Source: Octopus sinensis
Taxonomy: Eukaryota
Direction: 5' to 3'
Length of the DNA: 64,000 bases
Assembly: GCF_006345805.1 (NCBI RefSeq)
Contig: NC_043001.1
Location: 103,416,001 to 103,480,000 of the forward strand
In this document: one piece after another, positions 12,343-24,500 of the stretch
How positions within the stretch are numbered: position 1 is the stretch's first letter
Layout of the letters: each line of letters opens with the position of its first letter
Made by a program: the position numbers and the translations under genes
The notes under the pieces: generated by a model
Told to the model about the DNA's origin: nothing
The model's database searches: none
What the model saw: the letters and a program-made list of their open reading frames with translations, nothing else

Positions 12343-13097
12343 ATTACCTCCATCTTAGCAAAAGTGGGGGTATTGTTTTCAGTTGTATTTGTTTGTATGT
12401 GGACAAGATATCTCAAGAACCACTTGATGGATTTGGATGAGACTTTCAGGGATGTTTGTCCTCGTGACTGGCACAAACTGATTAGATTTTGGGATCGATT
12501 TGGTACCAGACAAAGATTCTGGATTATTTGTTATGTTTACTTTGCATGATTACAATCTTATGTTGACTTTCAAGTCTTTCTTAATTATCTCCCTTTAGGT
12601 TGTTTCCAAAATTTTATTTTCATTTCTTTATTATTAATTTTACTCGTCTCCCTATCTTTGTAGAAACTGATAGATAAAGAAATTAAACTACATAAACAAA
12701 AGGCAACAAAACCGTTCAGAAGTTAAATAACACTAACATATTTTTATAATATTTGTATTACACATACATATTAACACTTTACAAGTATACTTACATATGT
12801 ACACACATCTATACATTGATCTAAAACAACAGGAATACGAAAGGAAGACCAAGCAAAAGGTCTCTCTCTTTACTCTTTTATTTGTTTCAGTCATTTGACT
12901 GCAGCCATGCTGGAGCACCGCCTATAGTCGAGAAAATCAACCCCAGGACTTATTCTTTGCAAGCCCAGTACTTATTCTATCGGTCTCTTTTGCCGAACCG
13001 CTAAGTGACGGGGACGTAAACACACCAGCATCGGTTGTCAAGCAATGCTAGGGGGACAAACACACACACACAAACATATACACACACACTTATATAT

Positions 13098-13154
<57 letters not shown>

Positions 13155-13698
13155 CATATATACAACAGGCTTCTTTCAGTTTCCGTCTACCAAATCCACT
13201 CACAAGGCATTGGTCGGCCCGGGGCTATACCAGAAGACAGTTGCCCAATTTGCCACGCAGTGGGACTGAACCCGGAACCATGTGGTTGGTTAGCAAGCTA
13301 CTTACCACACAGCCACTCCTCTCATGCTATTCATTTAAAAATTCCTGAGTAGAACTTATTATTACCTCCACCTCTGAAACTATTTTGAATGGTGAATTTA
13401 TTAATTTTGGCTTGTATTAGATAAGGATAAACTATTTATTACTGTTACTAAATTTTCTACAGCCACATTCCAAGACTACCATTGGGATCAATCAGATACG
13501 GGACAAGGATTCTGGATTATTTTTCAGTTTTTCGACATAATTTTTGAGAGCAGTCAGGTTCATTTTTGGTATTCTCGTTTGTGAGAGCAGTCGAGTTTAT
13601 TTCAGATATTCTCATTTTAAAAATCATCTCTGGCTAATCGTTGAGAGGATGTTGGTGTTGCCTTGGTGGTGGTTTGTGCTCTCTGAGTGATCTTGTTT
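12343..13698 (+). mobile_element. Helentron/HINE-like non-autonomous element with nested SINE
   Basis: Starts ATTACCTCC, ends CCTTGGTGGTGGTTTGTGCTCTCTGAGTG; internal repeat GGGATC...GACAAGGATTCTGGATTATT twice; second copy 38477-39467. Class assigned by recalled similarity only. Confidence 0.55.
12866..13320 (-). mobile_element. tRNA-derived SINE family A, full length, central (AT)n/(AC)n
   Basis: Head (minus) GGAGTGGCTGTGTGGTAAG...GGTTCAGTCCC; tail GACTGAAACAAATAAAAGAG. Confidence 0.88.
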
Positions 13699-13721
13699 AT
13701 ATTATCTATTTAAAAAATTTT

Positions 13722-13921
13722 TTTTATTGCCCACACGGGACAAACAAAGGGATTAAGTCGATTGCATCGACTCCAGTGTGTAACTGGTACTTATTTAATC
13801 GACCCCGAAAGGATGGAAGGCAAAGTCGACCTCGGCGGAATTTGAACTCAGAACGTAGCGGCAGACGAAATACGGCTACGCATTTCACCCGGTGTGCTAA
13901 CGTTTCTGCCAGGTCACCGCC
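13722..13921 (-). mobile_element. tRNA-derived SINE family B (MetaSINE-like central domain)
   Basis: Minus strand: GAGTTCAAATTCCGCCGAGGTCGACTTTGCCTTCCATCCTTTCGGGGTCGATTAAATAAGTACC. Confidence 0.8.
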
Positions 13922-14532
13922 TTCATTGTTATTATTATCATTGAGTGAGAGAGCAGAACATGCCATCCAAATTATTATGGTATACAAATATACAAAACCC
14001 AATATACCCATCATGACTACCTGTCTGATAAGGGTACACCAGGCACATGCATGGCATGGTGACCTCATATCAAGATAAACAGTGCATAACCATGCAGGTG
14101 GGGGGCTGTATAGTCATGGCTAGAATGCATAGGTCTTGTTGTCCAAGGTTGATAGGGAGCTAAGCAACATAAATGGCTGTAGCAAAGTCTGAACTCATAA
14201 ACTTCTTGTCACAGCTTCTCCTCCCCAGCCATTGCATCATGCTTGAGGCAGTGAAATGTTTTGTGGTGAAGGATTCCATAGTTCAAACAATGAGTGAATA
14301 ATCCTACTAACATAGAAATGATAAAGATATCAACAGACACAATGAGAGTTCAAACTCTTATGAACTTTTCAGCTTCTGCTAGTTTGTCACTTGTCATTGA
14401 CCTCCTGTGGAGATCTTGCCCCAATACCTTGTGAATGACAAGCAGTGTTCTTTTTCTTTTGCTTGTTTCAGTCAGTAGACAGTAGCCATGTACCTAATCA
14501 TGACCACTTGGGAACCATCATGAAAAGTTTTA

Positions 14533-14681
14533 GGCTGTGTGGTAAGTAGCTTGCTTACCAACCACATGGTTCTGGATTCAGTCCCACTGTGTGGCACCAT
14601 GAGCAAGTGTCTTCTACTATAGCCTCGGGCTGACCAAAGCCTCGTAAGTGGATTTGGTAGATGGAAACTGAAAGAAGCCCG

Positions 14682-14715
<34 letters not shown>

Positions 14716-15108
14716 CAAATAAGAAAATGGAGAAACAATTTAGTTTGTTCATCAGCTTTCGGATATTAGAATGTTGAATTATTTATTCATTTAACAAAAA
14801 TGAGAACCTTAATAGCATACATATATACATTATATTTCAATACATATAAGATAAGAATACAATTATAAAAATCATAATATAAATTATTGAAATCATATAT
14901 ATATATGTTTGTATGTGTTTGTTCCCCCACCATTGTTTGACAATCGACATTGGTGTGATTACCTGTCTGTAACTTAGCAGTTCAGCAAAAGTGACTGGTA
15001 GAATAAGTACTAGACTTACAAAGAATAAGTCCTGGGGTCAATTTGTTCGACTAAAGGTGGTACTCCAGCATGGCCACAGTAAAATGACTGAAACAAGTAA
15101 AAGAATGA
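14533..15108 (+). mobile_element. SINE family A, split at its microsatellite by ~190 bp of AT-rich DNA
   Basis: Head 14533-14712, tail ~14897-15108. Confidence 0.8.
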
Positions 15109-15254
15109 AAAAAAAATAATAAAAGAATGAATCGACTCAATACCTGTTTTTTTTTTTTTTTAAACCTGGTACATCATATTCTTTTGGTCTTTATTGCCAA
15201 ACTGTTAAACCATGGGGACATCAAAGCACCAACGCAACTGAATCAGACGAGAAC

Positions 15255-16795
15255 AAATGCAGTTCAAGAAGCAAGAAGCACTACTGATGCTATTCGCATA
15301 GTCAGGCAACTGCAAGAGACTAGTGAAGAATAAACCATTCTACTTAGCATTTGTTAATCTCGAGCAGGCCTGGCCAACTTGGATTATATTGCAGGCCAGT
15401 TTAACCCTTTAGCATTTAAACTGGCCATATCCAGCCAAAAATATTCTACTTGTTTTATGTTCAAACTAGCCATATCTGGTCTCTCACACCAGCCCTACAA
15501 TACCGTTTAAAAAATTAACAGCTACCTCATTAAAATCTCATAGCTACAAGATGATGCATGATTAGTTCAAAACAATGTAGATGAAGAAGCATTAATTTTG
15601 ACAGAATAATGCGAACACTAAAGGGTTAATCACAGAAAGTATTTTGAGGGCTGCTTGTATACTGACCGGATTGAAAGCATTTTGCTTTCTCATGCTTTTA
15701 TTACAATAATGAATGAATGATCGTTGATTCAATATGAAATATTATCGTTGCAAAAACATTGCTATCTTTATTTTTTACTTTTCATTGCAATCTTTAATGT
15801 TTGATAAAATTTCTAAAATGTTTGTTTGAATAACCTCATTTCTAGAAAGTATCAAGCAGACTGCAAGATAAACGTCTGTGTGGCCCACGAACCTTAGGAT
15901 GGCGAGCCCTGATCTAGAGAAAACCTGTGTTATATAGTGGGTACTGAGAAGGCTAGGGGTAGATGAGTAGCTGCTAAAAGCTGTACAGGCCATGTGCAGA
16001 GACGCTGTCATTTAGGTGAGAGTTAACAAGTATAGCAAAGAATTTGGTGTACAAGTAGGGGTTCATCAAGGTTGAGTCCTCAGTCCCTTCCTTTTCTTCA
16101 TTGTCCTCCAGGTCATAACTGAGGAATTCAAGACAGGCAGCCCCAGCCCTCGTAGCAGATTCTATATCAAACCTAGAAGAAAAATTCTAAGTGTAGAAGC
16201 AAAACCTAAGGCCTTAGTATGCTAGAAAACAGACAGGACCCTACCCACTTCAGGTAGGTGGCCCTGTTCGATTTCATAGAAAGGTCTAGGCAGGAACTCA
16301 ATACGGTGTACCCAGCGTAAGCTGTGGACACACAAGAGGTACAGTGGTTTGATAAGGTCATCGGAGAAGCTAGTGTTTGTATGTTGAAGATGCACAGGAG
16401 CCATAAAAACTATAAAGACTCAGGAAATTAATTTTCTCAAATGCTTTGGCAGCTCATTAGAGGTAGGAGATAATTTCTGCTACCTAGGGGACCATAGTAG
16501 TAGTGGGGGGATGGATGGAGAGTGTAATAGCTAGAATAAGAACAGGATAGAGGGAATTCAGAGAGCTGTTACCTCTGTTGGTCACGAAAGGTTTTTCCCT
16601 CCAAGTGAGAGGAAGATTGTATGATGCATGTATATGGACTGCAATTTTATGTGGTAGTGAGATGTGGGCCCTGAATGCAGAGGATATGCAAAGGTTAGAG
16701 AGGAATGAGGCTAGTATGCTCTACTGGATGTGTAATGTAGGTGTACATGTTTGACAGAATGTGAGTGCTTTGAGAGAGAAGTTAGACATAAGAGG
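15255..16795 (+). pseudogene. Degenerate RTE RT fragments, interrupted
   Basis: STTDAIRIVRQLQE (~15275), QVGVHQG..LSPFLFFIVLQVITEEFKTG (~16050-16140), GRLYDAC..AILCGSEMWALN (~16610-16680). Confidence 0.7.
15405..15625. mobile_element. piggyBac-type MITE, family 2
   Basis: TTAA|CCCTTTAG...CTAAAGGG|TTAA; homologous copies at 54104-54329 and, partially, ~45185-45342. Confidence 0.85.
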
Positions 16796-17205
16796 AATTA
16801 CATTATTTACATTTGATGGATATTTGTCCTCATCTTGTTTGTTGTTAACACAATGTGTTGGCTGATATACCCTCCGGCCTTCTCATTCCTAATGTATTTT
16901 TCGATTTTGTTGTTGTTATTATTGCCATTATTATTATTGGAATCGAACTCGGAATCTTGGGGTTAGTAGTCTGTGCTCTTAACCACTATGCCATATGCCC
17001 ATAGGCAATTATGGAGTGAATTTTAGGGCTTGTAAAGCTAATATTTTCCTATCCTTCCTTAATAATAACAACATCGAAAAATACCTTAGGAATGAGAACC
17101 CAGGTTCGAAATTTCCCCTAAGGCACCTTTTGAAGGCTGGAGTGTATATCAGCTGAAACGTGTTAACTAAGATGAGGACAAATATCTGTCAAATGTAAAT
17201 AATGT
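16792..17205. mobile_element. Fold-back family A, copy 2 (one tRNA-like head plus spacer)
   Basis: Same inverted arms as 5742-6260; hammerhead cores deleted (left) or mutated to CTTTTGA (right). Confidence 0.8.
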
Positions 17206-17672
17206 TCAATCAGAATTGTCTGCAATTAGACAACTAAATTGGAATTCTCTTTTCATAATTAAAACAGTGCCCTTCTTTGCTGCTCTCTGATGTCTTTGAC
17301 ATTATCCAGAAGAGAATTTTATAACAAACATGCAGTGTTTTCACTCCTCATACTCTACCATCAATATAACAGACTCCATTGTTTCAAAATATTTTCTACC
17401 TCAGCATTATCAGAACTCCATCCACTTACTCTCTTCTAACTGCGTCTGTCTGCTTCCATAAGTTTGGTACCGGACATTATTATAAGTGGATATTCACACC
17501 AAACCTCCTGCTTTTCTTCTCTAACCACTTCACCCCAAACTTGTCCTGTGTGGGAATGGTTTTCATGTTCTTTCTCTTTGAATGAATTAATAAAAATTTT
17601 GAAAAAATTGTATTTTCAAATGTTTATTCAACTAAAACTGGTATATCAAAATATCCTTTCTATTCTTTGCAG

Positions 17673-17820
17673 GTCCCATCCTGGGTATACATTATTAATG
17701 CACTGGGAGTTTTTATATACCAGTCTCTCGATGCTATTGATGGTAAACAGGCACGGCGTACATCAACTAGCACACCTCTTGGAGAATTACTTGACCACGG
17801 ATGTGATTCCTTATCTACAG
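17673..17820 (+). CDS. CEPT1: CEPT1-like exon with the catalytic CDP-alcohol phosphotransferase motif
   Basis: tctttgcag|GTCCCA...TCTACAG|gtaaat; [49 protein letters not shown]; motif DGxxARx8GxxxDxxxD; 148 nt, phase 0 to 1. Confidence 0.97.
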
Positions 17821-18553
17821 GTAAATTATGTTATAACCACCTTACACGCTTCCCTGTAAAGGTATGGTTTACTGTTGAAGGATTGCCTTATGTCATTTGG
17901 AAGGGGAACTGGAACTGTTAATTTAGAAAATGTTCTGATTGGAATGTCAACAGAAACATTGGGTCTAAAACTGTACCTGTATAACTTTGTTTGTTGGCCT
18001 AGTTGAAAGTTAGCCTGAAAACAGGGTTTTATGGGGAAGAATTTCATCTTTAACTGTTTAGCATTTAAAATGACTATTATTGATGCTAATGTCAGGATTT
18101 GAGGTGCCATAAAATGTGTCCCTGAATGTGTGAAGAACTGGTGAGCAGGCAGACCGAGTCTAAGACATTTACTCCTCATGGACAATTACACCTGGGGACA
18201 ACAGATGATGATTTAAAACTTTTTAATATATTGGAGAAGGGGTATTAACCAAGGAGGGGGTAGTTGTCCAAGGGGGTATTTGTCGTTGGAGGGAAAACTT
18301 GTACTATTTGGGATGATTGTCCTGGGGGGTGATAATTGTCCTAATATGGGCAGAACTGTTAGCAGACAAAATTGCTAAGCAGCATTTCATTCATCTTTAC
18401 ATTCTAAGCTCAGTATTTATTTTTTCTAAGCCTAGTACTTATTCCATCAATCGCTTTTGCTGAACTGCTAAGTTTCAGTGACGCATAAACACACAATCAC
18501 TGGTTGTCAAGCAGTGAAGAGAACAACTACAAGCACAAAGACCCCCCCCCCAT

Positions 18554-18587
<34 letters not shown>

Positions 18588-21500
18588 GACAGGCTTCTTT
18601 CAGTTTCTGTCTACCAAATCTACTCAGAAGGCTTTGGTCGGCCCAAAGCTGTAGCAGAAGTGGGACTGAACTGGGAACCATGTATTTGGGAAGCAAGCTT
18701 TGTACCACACAGCCATGCCTTTACCTAAAATATTACTGCAAAGATATTTTTAATGAAAAAAATCAATGATGACTTCTAAAGTTCTGACCTTTGTTTAACG
18801 AGTGATGAGTTTGTGCGAAGGCAATGGGTTCACATTGATATTGTTGTCAAACCTCTAATTGAAGCTCATTAGAAAAAGAAATAGATATTTCATTTCCTCG
18901 TTATTTGATGTAATATATACTTGAGTAAAATCTATAAGCGATGGTTTTCTTAAAAATAATGTAAGAACAGATGAGGTCTCGGGTTTGAACTAAGGCTCTT
19001 CTGACAAATTAACCCCCCACACTACCCCTTAGTCCCCACTCAATCCCAACCATCATGAGTTCTTTTCAAATTTCAGTTTATCTTTGTTACTTCTTGATCT
19101 TTTACTTGTTTCACTCCTTTGACTGTGGCCATGCTAGGGCACCACCTTGAGAGGTCTTGTTGACTTGGTTCCAGTACTTAATGATTTTGTTTTTTCACTG
19201 AACACCTAAGTTACGGGGACACAAACACACCAAGGCTGGTTGTCCAGTGGTAGTGAGAACAAACAGACACAAAGACACACGCACATCTATATATGTATAC
19301 GACGGGCTTCTTTCAGTTTCCGTCTACCAAATTCACTCACAAGGCTTTGGTTGGCCCAAGGCTATATTAGAAGAAAACTTGGCCAAAGTGCAATGCAGTG
19401 GGACTGAATCCGGAACCATATGGGTGGAAAGCAAACTTCTTACTACACAGCAATACTAGCGACCTATATATCTGATAATCTGAAGAAAATTTATCAGCAA
19501 CCAGAAAGAAGTGAATTTATCTAGCATGAGAGAATCAAAACAACACTTTCAGATATCCGTTACCATGAGATACTTATCAAATCAATTGCTAAAGTATTAG
19601 TAGTGTTTGTTTTTCTAACTAAACCTTACCAAGGAGTAAATCAATAGTATTTCACCATCACTGGATTCTTGGAAACAGGACAGAACTATTTATAACAGTT
19701 CTGTGTGATGATTATAAATTCAGTGATGGCTCTAATTCTGTGGGTCCAGCTCATTGTAAAGTTTAGTATTTATTCTTTTCTATTTTAGGCACAAGGCCCG
19801 AAATTTTGGGGCAGGGGAAGTGGGGTGGTACAGTTGATTAGATCGACCCCAGTATGCAATTGGTACTTAATTTATTGACCCTGAAAGGATGAAAGGCAAA
19901 GTCGACCTTGGCGGAATTTGAACAGGCAAAATACCTATTTCTTTACTACCCACAAGGGGCTAAACACAGAGAGGACAAACAAGGACAGACAAACGGATGA
20001 AGTCGATTATATCGACCCCAGTGCGTAACTGGTACTTATTTAATCGACCCCAAGAGAATGAAAGGCAAAGTTGACCTCGGCGGAATTTGAACTCAGAACG
20101 TAGAGACAGACAAAATACCTATTTCTTTATTGCCCACAAGGGGCTAAACACAGAGAGGACAAACAAGGACAGACAAACGGATGAAGTCGATTATATCGAC
20201 CCCAGTGCGTAACTGGTACTTATTTAATCGACCCCAAGAGAATGAAAGGCAAAGTTGACCTCGGCGGAATTTGAACTCAGAACGTAGAGACAGACAAAAT
20301 ACCTATTTCTTTATTGCCCACAAGGGGCTAAACACAGAGAGGACAAACAAGGACAGACAAACGGATGAAGTCGATTATATCGACCCCAGTGCGTAACTGG
20401 TACTTATTTAATCGACCCCAAGAGAATGAAGGCAAAGTTGACCTCGGCGGAATTTGAACTCAGAACGTAGAGACAGACAAAATACCTATTTCTTTATTGC
20501 CCACAAGGGGCTAAACACAGAGAGGACAAACAAGGACAGACAAACGGATGAAGTCGATTATATCGACCCCAGTGCGTAACTGGTACTTATTTAATCGACC
20601 CCAAGAGAATGAAAGGCAAAGTTGACCTCAGCGGAATTTGAACTCAGAACGTAATGGCAGATGAAATACGGCTACGCATTTCGCCCAGCGTGCTAACGTT
20701 TCTGCTAGCCTGCCACCTTAAGTTTAGTATTTATTGTTGTGCTCAGATTTAAGTTCGTGAATTTGCAGAACTGTTATCACATCTGGCAAAATTCTTTGTG
20801 GAATCTCTTCTGGCTTTATGTTCTGAGTTCAAGTGCTGACTTTACTTTCATCCTTTTGGCATTGATAATTGCACAAGCACCAACTGACCACCGGCATCGA
20901 TGTAATCGACTGGCTCCCTAACCCCAAATTTCAGGCTTTGTGCCTGTAGTAGAAAATGGAACCCTTCCATAGGTGAAGACTAGCCCAGTTCTCACTGCCC
21001 CCCACTTAGGTAAAGTGTACCCCAAGTTATCAGTAACTGAGTTATCAGTTGATGTTATGAAGAGTTTCCAGCATTGCAGTGGATTTCGAAGATCTTGCAA
21101 ACCCACTGAGTTCCTCCTGCAGTTTCTGTGTGGCACAAAGCATCTCTGGTGTTTATTTCATCCACTTATATGAGGGAAACTCAGGAAGACCTGGACGGAG
21201 TATTGAAAGCTGATCTCGGGACACTGACCCTCATGAAGGGAAAGACAAAGAACCAAGATATCTTCTTGAGAAGGCCCATCCACCACAGCAGAATTGTTAA
21301 GGCTCCCCTCACAGTTGAAGGGGTTTTTCCCTTGCAAGGACCCCATACTGGTACCATGTAAAAATCACCTGTGCTGGTGCCACATAAAAACGACCCCATG
21401 CTAGTGCCACATAAAAAGCACCCAGCACAAACAGTGGTCGGCGTATGGAGGGACATCCAGCCATAGAAACCATGCTAAGTCAGACTGGAACCTGGTCCAG

Positions 21501-24500
21501 CTTGCCAGCTCTGATCAAACCATCCAACCCATTCCAGCATGGAAAATGGAAGTTAAATGATGATGATGATGATCTCAGATTTGCATAATAGGATGATTGC
21601 ATTCTTTTTAGAAAGTTCTGCTGGTGAACTCATTGACCATTGAATTCTTTCCTTTATTCTTTGCTATATTTAGCAGCACGACAGCGTTTCATTGCTTATT
21701 TATGATGTCGAGATACAGCAGAGGAGATTTCTCATAGCAGAGAACAAGATCATTGACATACATTGATGGACTTTGATATTTGTTATCTATAAATCTTTTT
21801 AAAACAATTCATTCACTGTTTAACAGTTGGACATTTATTCTCCTTAAATAAAAACAATATCTCATTCAACACAGTTTTTAATTCAGATTTCTCACTAAAA
21901 CTAAACAGGACAAGAAATAACAAGATACCTGTTGCTTTAATTTAGTCGAATGTTTTTCCTAATGCTAACAATGTAGGTGTAACCCTGAAGCAAGTAGAGT
22001 GTGGGAAACAGACATCTTTGCCTACAACACAACACTGCTAATAAAAGATTATCGTGTTCCAGGGTTTCTGCTTTACACTTAGAATGTTTCTACCCACAAC
22101 TAATCCATTTGGTTGTCTTATTATTGACATGGTTCAAACTGGGAGCCTTCATTTCCAAAGCAGTTTTAATTACGTTTTTATTGATAAATTTACTGATGAT
22201 ATAGTTTTGATTAATGACTAAGATTTATTTAACCATAATAAGACATACAATCGTCAAAATGGAAGCTAATGAATATGTACATAATTTAACAGTTTTTCAC
22301 GTTGTTGAGCTGTCGATATTCAATGAATATATCAAAGTCTGGTAAATTATCTCATTACTGTTTCACTTCAATTTTTACAATAGGTGCACGGCAACTGTAT
22401 CTCGACAGGATTATCCTGTTGATTTCCTTCTGTGATTAGTGAGAAATTGAGAGGAAATATTTAAATTTAAGAGAATGGTAGGGGGGGGGGTCAGTGATTT
22501 AGAGGGGAGGTAGAAACAATAAAAACAGTAGAGTTAACAAATGGTTTGCTTATAAATTCCTGTCTGGATCAGTTTTGCTTTTCATTCCTTTGGCATCAAA
22601 ATAATAAGTACCAAGGCCCGATCAAGTACCGATATCCATTTAATTACTTTTTAATGTAGGATCTCGTGTTATGTAAGGAAATAAAATACCATGTGATTTG
22701 TCTGCAAGCTGTTCAGCTTTCTCTTCTTCTCCCTTCCTCATCACCATTTAACATCCATCTTCCATGCTGGCATGGTTGGATGGTTTGACAGGAGCTGTCA
22801 TGGCCAGGAGTCACACCGGGTTACATAGTCTGTTTTGGCATGGTTTCTAACAGCTGGATGCCCTTCCTAATGCCAACCACTTTACAGAGTGGCACTGGGT
22901 GCTTTTTACATGGCACCATTGCCAGCTCTTTTTCATACAGCACCATCATCAGTGCTCTATACGTGACACTGTCACCAGTGCTTTTTACATGGCACCTGCT
23001 TTTTATGAAGTGAAATTCTAATTCCAAACACATCTGTTACTTTAAAGCAAAAAGTTTGAATGAACAGAACATTGATTGGTGTCGATTGCAGAAGATTAAT
23101 CAAAGATTCATCATAATCTTTATGTGTCAATGGGTTAAAATCTTTTTCTTTTTCAAATGGAATTTGTAGTTACTTAATAAGTGTGCCAGAGAGAGTTTTG
23201 TTATTTTTTATTTCATATAATAAACAATCCATTGTATGACTTATTATTATTGGGGAAACTAATGGAAGAATTGCCACTGAAATTATGAAAGGGTCATGCG
23301 TTTGATATGCTTTCAATATAAGCTTAGAAAGGATTAACCCTTTTTTTGCCAATATTCTACAGACTCTTGTAATGTTTTTCAGTTGTAAATTTCTGATGTA
23401 GCTGTGTGGTAGGTTTGCTTCAGAACCAAGAGGTTCTGAGTTCAGCCCCACTTCATGACACCTTGGGCAATTGTCTTCTATAGCCTTGGACGGAGACCAA
23501 AGTCTTGTGAATGAATTTGGTAGATGGAAATTGAAAAGAGCCTGTCATGTACATATAATAAGTGTGTTTATGTGTGTGTGTCATTGTTTGTCTCCCACTA
23601 CAGCTTGACAACCAGTGTTGGTGTGTTTATGTCCCTGTAGCTCAGTGGTTTGGCAAAAGCAACCGATAGAATAAGAATCAGACTTCAAAATTGCTAAGTA
23701 TTACGGTTGATTCATTTGGCTTAAAATTCTTCAAGGTTTTTGCCCCAGCATGGCCGCAGTCTCATGACAGAGACAAGTCCTAGATAAATGATGAAACCAA
23801 TGTTATAAATATTGTTTATTACCGTTTATGCAGCATGAAAGCTTTTTCCTCAATTTCTGCTGTCATAACACAACCATACAACTGACATATTTTAATTTAT
23901 TTCTAAAAACAAGAACAAATTTTCGTGGCTTCTTTTATTTTTTGCTTGTTTTTTTTTTAATTATTTTTTATTTTATTTTATTTTTAATAATTTTTAAAAT
24001 TTTATTTTTATTTTATTTATTTTTTATTATTTATTATTTTTATTATTTTTTATTTTTATTATTATTTTTATTATTATTTTTATATTATTATCTATAGAGA
24101 AGTTTTTATCAAGTTTTTAAAAGGCCTCCTTTTAAATACAGTTTATCTCATACACTTGTACGTAAGGTGCGGCTGCTGTTTGACAGAAATATCAGCTTTA
24201 TATCTTTTATCGTTTTTATCTTTTACTTCTTTCAGACATTAGACTGAGGCCAAGCTGGGGCACTGCTTTGTACAGTTTTTAGTCGAATGAATCGATCCGA
24301 GCCCTTATTTATTTTTTTTTAAGGCTTGTATTTATTCTGTCAGTGTCCTTTGCCAAACCACTAAGTTCCAGGGGCATAAATATACCTATTTCTTTACTAC
24401 CCACAAGGGCCTAAACACAGAGGGAACAAACAAGGACAGACAAATGGATTAAGTCGATTACATAGACCCCAGTGCGTAACTAGTACTTATTTAATCGACC

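Noticed and set aside
18803-18875. C/D snoRNA candidate (GTGATGA)
   Set aside because: No CTGA D box or terminal stem at a suitable distance.
19928-20660. CRISPR-like array
   Set aside because: Units are wholly identical SINE segments with no unique spacers; eukaryotic context and no cas genes.
23828-24097. Hydrophobic ORF (also 41652-41978, 55936-56275, 61866-62614)
   Set aside because: Translations of microsatellite or low-complexity tracts.
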